Assembly (NCBI GenBank): GCA_965205025.1
Contig: CBDBFU010000025.1
Location: forward strand, 1 to 64,000
Length of the DNA stretch: 64,000 nucleotides
Direction of reading: 5' to 3'
DNA from: Candidatus Poribacteria bacterium
GTDB lineage: Bacteria; Poribacteria; WGA-4E; WGA-3G
Under the pieces are notes generated by a model. That model did no database searches, had not been told where the DNA came from, and worked only from the letters and a program-made list of their open reading frames with translations. Positions 1 to 10,288 of the stretch are shown here, in pieces. Each line of letters starts with the position of its first letter. The stretch's first letter is position 1. The position numbers were made by a program, and so were the translations under genes.

Positions 1-1
1 C

Positions 2-1042
2 ATTGAATCATATAAGGCACATCCAGATGTGGATCGACTTGCATTATGTGATTTAAAAGAAGATAGATTATCAAAATGGGCAAAACAGTATGAAATATCT
101 GAAACATACGCAAGCCTTGACGAAATCTGTAAATCAGATATAGATGCTTTGGTAATTATCACACAACATTGGATACATGCTCCCCAAGCTATACAAGCAA
201 TGGAAGCAGGAAAGCATGTATATACTGCCGTTCCAGCTGCTGTTTCGTTAGAGGAATGTGAACAATTAGTCCGAACAGTTGAACGGACGGGTATGATATA
301 TATGAATGGTGAGACAAGTTATTTCCGTCCGGAGACTGCATTCTGTCGTCAAAAAGCATCAGAAGGGGCATTCGGTGAGTTTGTTCACTGTCGAGCGGAA
401 TATTTCCACGATATGAGTCATGGTCTCTATGATGTAGCAAAAAACCGATGGGGTGAACAGTGGAGTCTCAATAAAAGTGGGGGTATTCCAATGTACTATC
501 CTACACACTCAACCTGTTTCCCAATATCTGTTATGAAGGCACATGCTACCTCTGTTTCCGCACAAGGCTATGTCTATCCTAACGATGATTGGTTCCGTAC
601 GGATACTATCTATGAAAACCCATTCTCAAATGAAGTCGGTTTATTCACAATGAGCAATGGGGCAACCATGCAAATTTGTGAATTTAGACGGATAGGACAT
701 CCAGGCTCTGAACGACCAAGTGGAATATATGGCACTGAGGGGAGTTATGAACAAAGTCTTGCGGGAAAGGTATGGGCAGATAAAACTGGTAGTCAAGTAA
801 TACAACCTGACAAATTCCATGAACCTTTACCAGAAGCACTCACACAGAATTTAGGTGGTCACGGGGGTTCACATGCCTACCTTGTCCACGAATTTGTGGA
901 TTCAGTTAATAAACAAAGATTACCACGGATAAATGTATGGGAAGCAGTACGGTATTGTGCACCAGGTCTTGTTGCACATGATTCTGCACTCCGTGATGGA
1001 GAAGTTCTACCCATACCTGATTGGGGAAATGCTCCTGAATAA
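2..1042 (+). CDS. Gfo/Idh/MocA family oxidoreductase (5' truncated by window edge)
   Basis: Frame is open to the window edge (IESYKAHPDVDR...). Contains the DALVIITQHWIHAPQAIQAMEAGKHV segment typical of the GFO_IDH_MocA NAD-binding domain. Confidence 0.85.
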   Translation: MESYKAHPDVDRLALCDLKEDRLSKWAKQYEISETYASLDEICKSDIDALVIITQHWIHAPQAIQAMEAGKHVYTAVPAAVSLEECEQLVRTVERTGMIYMNGETSYFRPETAFCRQKASEGAFGEFVHCRAEYFHDMSHGLYDVAKNRWGEQWSLNKSGGIPMYYPTHSTCFPISVMKAHATSVSAQGYVYPNDDWFRTDTIYENPFSNEVGLFTMSNGATMQICEFRRIGHPGSERPSGIYGTEGSYEQSLAGKVWADKTGSQVIQPDKFHEPLPEALTQNLGGHGGSHAYLVHEFVDSVNKQRLPRINVWEAVRYCAPGLVAHDSALRDGEVLPIPDWGNAPE

Positions 1043-1068
1043 TGACTGTGTGAGTGAAATTAGTTTCC

Positions 1069-1211
1069 CCACAAACGTCAATTTAAGTATTATATTCTTC
1101 TGTAGGAGGGAACTCCGATTCCCGACTGTATTTGGGGAACGCGATTCGAACATCCCTCCTACAAAAGATTCCATTTTACATTCAATCTAAGCACTAAATT
1201 GACGTCTATGG
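1069..1211. mobile_element. MITE-like element with CCAYARACGTCAATTTA TIRs enclosing an inverted GTAG-REP doublet
   Basis: Left end CCACAAACGTCAATTTA; reverse complement of right end CCATAGACGTCAATTTA. Internal TGTAGGAGGGA...TCCCTCCTACA. Related ends near 30448-30465 and 59539-59556. Confidence 0.7.
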
Positions 1212-1350
1212 TAAGTATAGTCAGTTCACTACGATTTCATTATAATAGATTGGAGAAATCAGCGTTGATTCACAATACTAATTTCAGTATAATTATATCC
1301 TGTTCTCACGTTATTTTATAATAAATCATATCAATTACATATATATAAAA

Positions 1351-1680
1351 TTAACGCCAGTTTGATAATAAAAAACGTCAGATCGATAAACAGAATTTTG
1401 TCCTGAAGATAGTCTTTGTAGCACAAACTTTCATGAAGATTAAGTAAATATTTCGGTAATTCTAATTTTCCCAAACCCGGTAGGCGGGGAATGCTAAATA
1501 GCATTCATACCGTTGATTTGCGGTTTCCTAACCACGGGGAATGCCATAAGGCATTCATACCGTTGATTTGGATCTTATCTTTAAAATTACCGAATTTAAA
1601 AATTAATCTTCATCCAGTTTGTGCACTCTGGTGTTGACTAAAAGATCGGGGTACAATGTGTATTATCAAACTCACGTTAA
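1351..1680. mobile_element. MITE-like element with TTAACGNNAGTTTGATAATA TIRs, interrupted by a nested element
   Basis: Left TTAACGCCAGTTTGATAATA; reverse complement of right TTAACGTGAGTTTGATAATA. An uninterrupted near-identical body lies at about 12294-12431. Confidence 0.75.
1433..1613. mobile_element. Hairpin-loop-inserted MITE (ATGAAG family), copy 1
   Basis: TIRs ATGAAGATTAA...TCGGTAATT / AATTACCGA...TTAATCTTCAT. Splits the hairpin GCACAAACT-TTC|CC-AGTTTGTGC; the empty version is at 12354-12375. Confidence 0.85.
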
Positions 1681-1713
1681 AAATACTATCAGAAAAGAAA
1701 GGTATCATAAATT

Positions 1714-4293
1714 ATGAAAACTGTTTCCTATACAATATTTCTTATTTTATATTTAATTGTCATTCCATTCTCATACAATTGTTTTGCCCAAGATTCCCCA
1801 CAATGGCATCTACCTGTTGGTGCTACAAAACGTCTTGGTAAAGGTTGGCTTTATGAACTTCAATACTCCCCTGATGGCAATCAACTTGCCGCTGCAGGTT
1901 CATTAGGGGTTTGGATCTACGATACAAAAACAGATGAAGAAATTGCTCTCTACCCAGGTGAAGGATGGGGTATTTCATCACTCACCTATTCTCCTGATGG
2001 TTCGATGCTTACCGCAGGAAGTGCAAATGGTATCATTCGAATATGGGATCCCATGACAGGTGTGATACAACATCAAATTGACGCACATTGGAGAAGTATT
2101 AGAAGTCTTGCATTCAACTCTGATGGGTCAATTCTCGCCAGTGGGAGTAGAGATAGAACGATTCGTTTATGGAACCCACAGACGGGTGAATTTCTTCATA
2201 CATTAAGAGGTCATACAGATGGAGTCAATAGTGTTACATTCAATGGTGATGGTACTTTATTAATCAGTGGTAGTCGTGATGATTCAATCAGGATTTGGGA
2301 TGTTGACACAGGAGTACAAATACAATCTCTTGAAGTACATCGTGATAATGTAGCACATGTTGTTGTGAGTCCAGATGGTAAAACTCTTGCCAGTGGGGAT
2401 TTAAACTCCATTATCCATCTATGGGATACTACTACATGGACAGTAAAACAGACTCTCCTCGGTCATACATCTCATATTTATCACATGGTCTATAGTCCTG
2501 ATGGCAGTATCCTGGCAAGTGCAGGTGAAGATGATACGATACGATTGTGGAACGCGGATACAGGTGAACAACTAAATAGTATCACTGAACATACAGCAGA
2601 TATATTTGGTCTTGCTTTCACACCTGATGGGTCAGTACTTACAAGTGGGGCATGGGACGCATCTATCCGTTCATGGGATCCTCAAACAGGTGAACATATT
2701 AAGACAATTACCGGACATACAGATGCAGTCGTTAGTGTCACCTTCAGTGGAGATGGTAGTATTCTCGCGACTCGCAGTTGGGATAAAACCATTCGTTTGT
2801 GGGATGCTGATACAGGGCAACTTCGACACACTCTCATAGGCCACCAAGATGATGTCGACATTGTCGTGTTTAGTCCAGATGGTAGAACTCTCGCCAGCGG
2901 AAGTCAAGACAATACCGTTCGTCTATGGGATGCAATCACTGGGGAACATATTAAGACACTCAGAGGACACTATTCCTATCTTATTAGTTTAGCATTTAGT
3001 CCAGATGGTAGTATACTTGCAAGTGGTAGTGAGGACGACAGCATCCGGTTATGGAATGTTGCTAATGGTAGATATATCGGTGGTTTATTCGAACATGAAG
3101 CCGGTGTTGAAACCCTTTCTTTTAGTCCTGATGGGACAATGCTGGCAAGTGGAAGTCGAGATGACAAAATCATTATATGGGATCTCGAAACAAGGGATGT
3201 AATCCGAACTATTAGTGAACATGAAGACGATGTCTGGACAGTTGCATTCAGTCCAGATGGTAAGAAACTCGCAAGTGGCGGTAGGGACACGGTATCTTTA
3301 TGGGATGTTCAGATGGGTGAACTTCTACAAACATTTCGTAGACCCCTTAACGTTGATACAACAGTTAGTATACCAGAAGATTTAGATGGTGATACACCAA
3401 CAGACCTACCAGCAACAGCAACAAGTATCGTTTTTTCTCCAGATGGAAAAGTACTTGTGAGTGGAAGTTATGATGCTACAATACGGCTATGGGATACAAC
3501 TACAGGTGAACAACTGTCAACATTAGATGGACATACATATTCAATCACAAGTGTAGCCGTTAGTCCAGATGGTAGTACCATAGCAAGTGGTAGTTTCGAT
3601 GGAACTGTCATTCTATGGGCGTTCCCGCTTCCATTTACGACGACCCAATTACTTACTATACTTGCAGATGTGAATAACGATGGTGATGTCAATGTTCTTG
3701 ATATTGTACTGGTGGCATCAAGTTTCGGGCAATCGGGTGAGAGTCCTGCGGATATTAATGGGGATGGTGCTGTAGACCTATTAGATCTCTATCTGGTTGG
3801 AAATGCAATAGCCAATATAGAATCCGCGCCAGCAATCCAAGCTTATGCCAGAGAAAATCTCACGGCAGAACAGGTTGAAGAATGGTTGACACTGGCAAAG
3901 CAAGAATTAACCCAAATTGGTAACCTCACTCATCAAGAACAAGTCACCTATCATACCGGAATAGATGTTCTGGAACAACTCCTACAAACATTGATACCTA
4001 AACAGACACAATTGTTAGCTAATTATCCAAACCCATTCAATCCGGAAACTTGGATACCCTATACTTTAACAGCTTCAGCAGATGTATCGATTACAATACA
4101 TTCATCGGATGGTAAGTTGGTTCGTACATTACTCATTGGCAATAAACCTGCGGGGATATACCAAAATCCTTCTGACGCAGCCTATTGGAATGGAAATAAT
4201 GACTATGGTGAAGCTGTTGCAAGTGGTGTCTATTTTTATACGCTCACTGCGGGAGATTTCACATCCACACGGAAGATGTTTATACGGAAGTAA
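1714..4293 (+). CDS. Secreted WD40-repeat protein with dockerin/EF-hand-like domain and FlgD-Ig/T9SS-CTD-like C-terminus
   Basis: Signal peptide; about 13-14 GH...WD repeats; DVNNDGDVNVLD and DINGDGAVDLLD loops; LLANYPNPFNPETWIPY...ASGVYFY tail. Confidence 0.9.
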   Translation: MKTVSYTIFLILYLIVIPFSYNCFAQDSPQWHLPVGATKRLGKGWLYELQYSPDGNQLAAAGSLGVWIYDTKTDEEIALYPGEGWGISSLTYSPDGSMLTAGSANGIIRIWDPMTGVIQHQIDAHWRSIRSLAFNSDGSILASGSRDRTIRLWNPQTGEFLHTLRGHTDGVNSVTFNGDGTLLISGSRDDSIRIWDVDTGVQIQSLEVHRDNVAHVVVSPDGKTLASGDLNSIIHLWDTTTWTVKQTLLGHTSHIYHMVYSPDGSILASAGEDDTIRLWNADTGEQLNSITEHTADIFGLAFTPDGSVLTSGAWDASIRSWDPQTGEHIKTITGHTDAVVSVTFSGDGSILATRSWDKTIRLWDADTGQLRHTLIGHQDDVDIVVFSPDGRTLASGSQDNTVRLWDAITGEHIKTLRGHYSYLISLAFSPDGSILASGSEDDSIRLWNVANGRYIGGLFEHEAGVETLSFSPDGTMLASGSRDDKIIIWDLETRDVIRTISEHEDDVWTVAFSPDGKKLASGGRDTVSLWDVQMGELLQTFRRPLNVDTTVSIPEDLDGDTPTDLPATATSIVFSPDGKVLVSGSYDATIRLWDTTTGEQLSTLDGHTYSITSVAVSPDGSTIASGSFDGTVILWAFPLPFTTTQLLTILADVNNDGDVNVLDIVLVASSFGQSGESPADINGDGAVDLLDLYLVGNAIANIESAPAIQAYARENLTAEQVEEWLTLAKQELTQIGNLTHQEQVTYHTGIDVLEQLLQTLIPKQTQLLANYPNPFNPETWIPYTLTASADVSITIHSSDGKLVRTLLIGNKPAGIYQNPSDAAYWNGNNDYGEAVASGVYFYTLTAGDFTSTRKMFIRK

Positions 4294-4310
4294 GATGACA
4301 ACATAGAAAC

Positions 4311-4341
4311 AAAAGGAAGGACGTAATGTCCTTCCTTTTTT
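4311..4341 (+). terminator. Intrinsic terminator (potentially bidirectional)
   Basis: AAAAGGAAGGAC-gtaat-GTCCTTCCTTTTTT just after the stop at 4293. Confidence 0.8.
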
Positions 4342-4490
4342 ATTTTAACCTAACGTGAGATCGGTATAAGCAATATTATCCTCTTTGTAGGAAGGATTCC
4401 AATTCCCGATTCTTACATTTCTTCTGTAGGAGGGAACTCCGATTCCCGATTCTCTTTGTAGAAACGGTTGAAATGTCTATAGTAAACTTT

Positions 4491-4591
4491 ATGAGGATTA
4501 AGTAAATATTTCGGTAATCCTGGCCATAAACTTATCGTAGGGGCGGGGTTAACCCGCCCGTATATTACCGATTTAAAAAATTAATCTTCAT
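4491..4591. mobile_element. Hairpin-loop-inserted MITE (ATGAAG family), copy 2
   Basis: ATGAGGATTAAG...TCGGTAAT / ATTACCGA...TTAATCTTCAT. Flanks rejoin as AAACT-TT|TT-AGTTT. Carries the GTAGGGGCGGGGTTAACCCGCCC hairpin. Confidence 0.8.
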
Positions 4592-4821
4592 TTAGTTTGT
4601 GCCTCATAGTGCCGCAAACTAAAAGTTTTCGGTATAAATAGAAATCCATAAGCTTGTGCAACTTGCTTCAGACAAAATGTGCATCCATTCTTGTGTAATG
4701 GTAAGAAGTTCTCATATATGAAAATTTAATCAAACATTGAACAAATTACCCATCACAAAAAGGAGAATAGTTCTTTAGGTAATTCAATTAAGAATGAACC
4801 TATAACCGTGCAGATATATCT

Positions 4822-6102
4822 ATGAAAAATAAAATAAGAGATACAGTTGAAATACCCTCTTTTTCCAATGAGGATAATGAAGAATTGAAATTATGTATAG
4901 AAAACCTGAAAAGAATTGGTAATGCACTCCAAGACTATGAACGAGATAATAATACATTTCCAGAGTGGCTTTCCGACCTATATCCTACCTATTTAGAAGA
5001 TAACAACTATCTCATCTGCCCCGCTGATGAGGATAAAGGCATACAAATTCTGCCTTATGATGTTGATCCAAACCTACCCGTAAGTTATTCCTATGACTGT
5101 GATCCAGAGTATTATGAAAGATGGATGAAACAGGAACGACAAGTTTATAGTGATGCAAATCCAATCGTTAGATGTACCCATCACGGCAATATAGAGTCAG
5201 ATTCTTCTTTACTCACCAATCTCCATATAAATTTGAGCTTTTCAAATTCTATTTATATATCTGAAGGAGATTGGAGGAAGTCTCCAGTAGAAATGTATGG
5301 AGGACTTGAAGAAGCAATATCTGCATACGAAAATGCAATCGAACTCGTACCTGAAGATCCAAGTTTCTTCAATCTATATTCTGAGCTTATTCGTCTCTAT
5401 GTTACCACCGACCGAGAAAAAGATGCGGAAAACCTTATTGATAGTTTCAAATCCATTATGAAACCACATGATGAAGACATCATGCGGTTCCGAGATTATT
5501 TTACGCTTTTGGAAATGTTACGTGCATGCAACAAACATCAAGATGCACTTCAGCTGTGTGAGAATCTTGAAAGAACAGAAAAGAAAAACCCATGGCTAAA
5601 GAGTCTTTATCGGGAATTGGCAGTGACTCACGAAGAACTGGGTAATATCGAACTTGCAGATACGTATTTTGGTAAGTATGATTCAAAGCGGGAGATGATT
5701 GGAAAACCTGCTCCTGATTTTTCTAAAATAGATATTGAGGGCAACCCTATTTCACTCAAAGATTATCAAGGAAAAGTTGTACTTATCGACTTTTGGGGAA
5801 TGCCTTGCGGTCCCTGTATTGCCGAAATGCCAAATATACTGAAGGTCTATAATACATATAATCATCTCGGTTTTGAGGTAATCGGAGTTATGGTTAACTA
5901 TGATGAAGAGGAACTCAATAAATATCTATCTAAGTGTAAACTACCATGGCGACTGATAAATGAAGGAAACGATAGTATACTTAAAAAGTTATACCATGTT
6001 CGCGGGATACCATCCCCATGGCTTATTGATAGGCAGGGAATTGTGATTTCGTATCAAGCAAGAGGTGCGAAATTGAAAAAGCTTGTTGAAGAAGCTTTAT
6101 AG
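4822..6102 (+). CDS. TPR-like plus TlpA/AhpC-TSA thioredoxin-fold protein with pseudopilin-like N-terminal domain
   Basis: C-terminal IGKPAPDF...GKVVLIDFWGMPCGPC...GIPSPWLIDRQG; helical TPR-like middle region. Confidence 0.8.
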   Translation: MKNKIRDTVEIPSFSNEDNEELKLCIENLKRIGNALQDYERDNNTFPEWLSDLYPTYLEDNNYLICPADEDKGIQILPYDVDPNLPVSYSYDCDPEYYERWMKQERQVYSDANPIVRCTHHGNIESDSSLLTNLHINLSFSNSIYISEGDWRKSPVEMYGGLEEAISAYENAIELVPEDPSFFNLYSELIRLYVTTDREKDAENLIDSFKSIMKPHDEDIMRFRDYFTLLEMLRACNKHQDALQLCENLERTEKKNPWLKSLYRELAVTHEELGNIELADTYFGKYDSKREMIGKPAPDFSKIDIEGNPISLKDYQGKVVLIDFWGMPCGPCIAEMPNILKVYNTYNHLGFEVIGVMVNYDEEELNKYLSKCKLPWRLINEGNDSILKKLYHVRGIPSPWLIDRQGIVISYQARGAKLKKLVEEAL

Positions 6103-6339
6103 TAAAATCCATAATTACTTGAACACAACGGTAGGTTCGGTTTCCTAACCGAACCTATGTCCAATCGTGCGGTTAGATGAGGATTAAGTTTTAAATTCGG
6201 CAATTCTCATTATTCCAAACCCTGTAGGTTCGGTTTCCTAACCGAACTGAATTTCCTATCACATTACCGAATTATTATTTTAATCTTCATGAAACCGCAC
6301 CTACCAGGGAGTGTAAACTTATTTTTGGATTTCACTATA
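6098..6339. mobile_element. MITE-like element with TATAGTRAAATCCA TIRs; holds a REP doublet and a nested MITE
   Basis: Left TATAGTAAAATCCATAATTACTTGAACAC; reverse complement of right TATAGTGAAATCCAAAAATAAGTTTACAC. TA at both ends. Confidence 0.75.
6177..6290. mobile_element. Hairpin-loop-inserted MITE (ATGAAG family), copy 3
   Basis: Same TIRs as copies 1-2. Flanks rejoin exactly as GTGCGGTT-AG|GA-AACCGCAC, which is found intact at 53304-53323. Confidence 0.88.
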
Positions 6340-6348
6340 AAATCATAA

Positions 6349-7542
6349 CTAAGGACAATGTTGATCAAGAACAGTTTCAGAATCAACTTGAATTCTAACA
6401 GGTTTATAATAGGTCTTAATCCTCTCTATATCCACTTCCACACCAAGACCAGGATCATCTTTTACACGGACTAAACCATCAGCATCAATTTGAAACGGAT
6501 TCTTCACAATACATTCTGATAACTCAGAACCTGCTGCGGGATATTCCAATAGATTAAAATCTGGATTCGTGGCAAAAATATGAAGTGATGCTGCCAGACT
6601 CAGATGACTCTTAAATGTATGGTTTACATATTGAATACCGTTTTGTTCGGCAAGTTGTCTAACCTGAAAAGAAGGGTATATCCCACCAATACGGCCAGCA
6701 TCTATTTGCACATAATCAATGCCACCATTTACGATTATATCCTCAGCCATGCGAAACGTGCTTGAACCTTCACCAGCTGCAATTGATACGGATGGATTTT
6801 TAGATTTTAATGTACTATATGCTTCAACCGCATCAGGTCCAAGGGGTTCTTCCAACCATGTTGGAGAAAATTCAGAAAATACTTCAGCTCGTTCAAATGC
6901 TGTTTCGTAATCTATTCCCCAAACTACTCCTGCATCAATCATTATCTGGTTATCATTCCCCATACCTTCACGGGCAGCCCGAACAAGTGCAATATCATTC
7001 TCCTCACCGTACTTTCCCATAGGTCCCCAACCGAATTTTGCTGCTTGATAACCCCTTTCCTCTAAATCTACTGCTATTTGGTATGTGTCTTCAGGTGTAT
7101 CCCCAAAAAGAACTGATGCGTATGGTAACTTTGCTTGAGGGGTTTTAGGGGTATCAGTCATCTCAGCAAGTAAGCTATAAATCGGTTGCTTTAATTTCTT
7201 ACCGATAATATCCCAGAGAGCAATTTCAGCTCCACTATAGGCATGATGTATCTGCTGAATGTCTAATGCATTTCTCAGGACTTTATCACTTAATCGGAGA
7301 ATATCCTCAGGAGAATCAAGTGTTTCACCAATCAACGAAGTGCGAATATTGATTATATTTCCATGCGACATCGGACAACAATATACCGCAATACTTACCA
7401 AAGGTGATGCATCACATTCTCCCCAACCTTCTATGTCTTCATCCGTACGGATTCTGACTAAGAGAGTATCCTGAGTACCATCTGCAGCTGATGTAATCTC
7501 TGGCATCCGTAAATAGAATGGGTCTACAGAAACTATTTTCAT
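6349..7542 (-). CDS. Mandelate racemase/muconate lactonizing enzyme family enolase
   Basis: EGWGE, IALWDIIGK, IMIDAG, WLEEP, AAGE, and PGLGVEVD motifs. Confidence 0.9.
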   Translation of the reverse strand: MKIVSVDPFYLRMPEITSAADGTQDTLLVRIRTDEDIEGWGECDASPLVSIAVYCCPMSHGNIINIRTSLIGETLDSPEDILRLSDKVLRNALDIQQIHHAYSGAEIALWDIIGKKLKQPIYSLLAEMTDTPKTPQAKLPYASVLFGDTPEDTYQIAVDLEERGYQAAKFGWGPMGKYGEENDIALVRAAREGMGNDNQIMIDAGVVWGIDYETAFERAEVFSEFSPTWLEEPLGPDAVEAYSTLKSKNPSVSIAAGEGSSTFRMAEDIIVNGGIDYVQIDAGRIGGIYPSFQVRQLAEQNGIQYVNHTFKSHLSLAASLHIFATNPDFNLLEYPAAGSELSECIVKNPFQIDADGLVRVKDDPGLGVEVDIERIKTYYKPVRIQVDSETVLDQHCP

Positions 7543-8045
7543 TCTTCTACTGCTATGTCTTCGTCTGATGAATCTGTTTCTTCAGATGGAATTGCTGTGA
7601 TTGACTGTTCCATTTGTTCACTTGTAGCTTCAGCTAATGAACGAATTACTGAGATGGCAAACCAACTAACTAATCCGGCTGCCGCACCAGCACATACAGC
7701 AATGGCTGCACCTTTAGGAGAGGTAAATTTATCTAATGTCTCATTATCTACTGTACATGAAATATTACTTATATTTCTAATCGCAACACCTCTGGTTTCA
7801 CCGGAGTGTAGGTATTCTACGGTAGGAGAATCGTCAGATTCTATTTCTATATTTGCATTCATATCCTCTGTATCAACTGCATAACTTCTATCACCTTGTT
7901 CTCCGATCCAACTTGCTTTCAGACCCCGAACACCTGTATCATCATGGATAGGTTCAACACGGGTATTGGTGAGAATCCTACCAAGAAAACCTAAGGTTAA
8001 GTCTTTAGATTTGGATACTGCTGAACGTAATTTTGTTGTATTCAT
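7539..8045 (-). CDS. Hypothetical protein with a C-terminal transmembrane helix
   Basis: 168-aa ORF with GGAG RBS; ATGA overlap with the next gene; hydrophobic AAIAVCAGAAAGLVSWFAISVI segment. Confidence 0.6.
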   Translation of the reverse strand: MNTTKLRSAVSKSKDLTLGFLGRILTNTRVEPIHDDTGVRGLKASWIGEQGDRSYAVDTEDMNANIEIESDDSPTVEYLHSGETRGVAIRNISNISCTVDNETLDKFTSPKGAAIAVCAGAAAGLVSWFAISVIRSLAEATSEQMEQSITAIPSEETDSSDEDIAVEE

Positions 8046-8256
8046 ATCTTGTTCTCCTTTATATTTTATGAAATTCTATTTTCACATATTCATTTAAAAA
8101 ATGCAACCCTATTAGATTACAGGGGTGTGTAAAGTTTATGGCATTAACAAGCATCAAATGAAACCGATCAAACATTTTTATAAAATTAAAAAATGAAGAA
8201 AACACCCATCTCTAACAACTAACATACATATATCAAAAAAACAGAAAAACATAATA

Positions 8257-8400
8257 ATGAGGATTAAGTTTTAAATTCGGTAATTCCCATTTTCCCAAAC
8301 TTGGTAGGTTCGGTTTCCTAACCACGGGGAATGCTAAATAGCATTCATACCGTTGAAACGATTTTCTAACACATTACCGAATTATTATTTTAATCTTCAT
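8257..8400. mobile_element. Hairpin-loop-inserted MITE (ATGAAG family), copy 4
   Basis: Same TIRs. Flanks rejoin as AAACATAA-TA|AA-TTATGTTT. Confidence 0.85.
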
Positions 8401-8568
8401 AATTATGTTTGTCTAAATGAAAATAAAATTATACCATATTATATAGTTCATATTATATTTACTAATACTACAATAGTTTGGACAATTATTATTCATGAAC
8501 AAGCTGAGTTTCTAATGATTAGTCTTTTTTGTGAGTTTTCTATATCTGTGGAATCCTACAAGAATACC

Positions 8569-8640
8569 GCACTCCAGCGGAGTGCTATGTCTATAGATAA
8601 CATTATCGGTACATTCTTGCACTCCAGCGGAGTGCTATGT
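8569..8640. repeat. Tandem pair of GCACTCC-AGC-GGAGTGC-TATGT hairpin repeats
   Basis: Two identical palindromes. A third copy is at 53411-53430. Confidence 0.8.
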
Positions 8641-9180
8641 GTTGATTCACAATATACCGCTCCGATGGAACAATGAGGGTTATATTTATGTTTAAAGTTA
8701 GAAATAATACTGATGAAGTAAACCGATTACTTAGAATGAGTTTACATATGAAGTGTCCAAACTATAGGCATACTAAAACAATGCTAATACATTACACGAA
8801 AAACGATCCTAATTACGAAATCTTATATACGTCAAAAAGCATACCTTTTTATCCGTTGGGAATGTAAAAATCAGGAAGCACAACAAAAACACAAAATCAC
8901 ACTTTTTCGAAATTCTTATAAAGTCAATTCAAAGTGGAGTAAAGCCAGTCTATGACAGGGGTTACAGGGGTAATTTACACCAATTTCAATGTCACACCGT
9001 GTGACAAAAAGTGTAACTTTTTCATTTTTTCGACCCATACAGAAATGCAACAAAAACACGATCTACTAACTGAGTATTTAGGATTAAATGACTGTTTTTA
9101 CACCTGATTTATAGTCTGTATATTAGGATTAACAATTCTAATTCAGAAGAAACTGAGTATCTAATGATAAGTCTATTTTT

Positions 9181-9401
9181 TATTTAGTTTTAAGAATTCT
9201 CATTTATGAGGTTAAGAAAGAGATTAAGATTGAACAGTAATATTTATCATATTTACTAATCGCTATTCTTCTCTTCTGTAGGAACGATATCCGAATCGCT
9301 ACTCTTTAAGTGTGAGGATTGGCGCGAATCAGTATCGCTTCTTCTATAGATAAGAAATAACAAATGTTATGAAATCTGAATAAAACACCTAAAACTAAAT
9401 A
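9181..9401. mobile_element. MITE-like element (CAGGGTTATTTAGTTTTA family) with internal GTAG-REP
   Basis: TATTTAGTTTTA ... TAAAACTAAATA inverted ends. Same ends at 55230-55467 and 58586-58739. Confidence 0.65.
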
Positions 9402-9466
9402 CCTTGTGATTCAGTAAGATAATCTTTACTATATTCGAGAATTAGGTTAAACTTTCTAAACGCTAA

Positions 9467-10285
<819 letters not shown>

Positions 10286-10288
10286 CGT

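Noticed and set aside
8569-8640. GCACTCCAGCGGAGTGC repeats with a ~28-nt gap as a mini-CRISPR
   Set aside because: Only two units. The same hairpin occurs dispersed at 53411, so it behaves like a REP-type repeat.
8353-8867. ORFs 8353-8676 and 8673-8867
   Set aside because: They run through MITE/REP repeats in AT-rich DNA and have no protein motif. Probably spurious.
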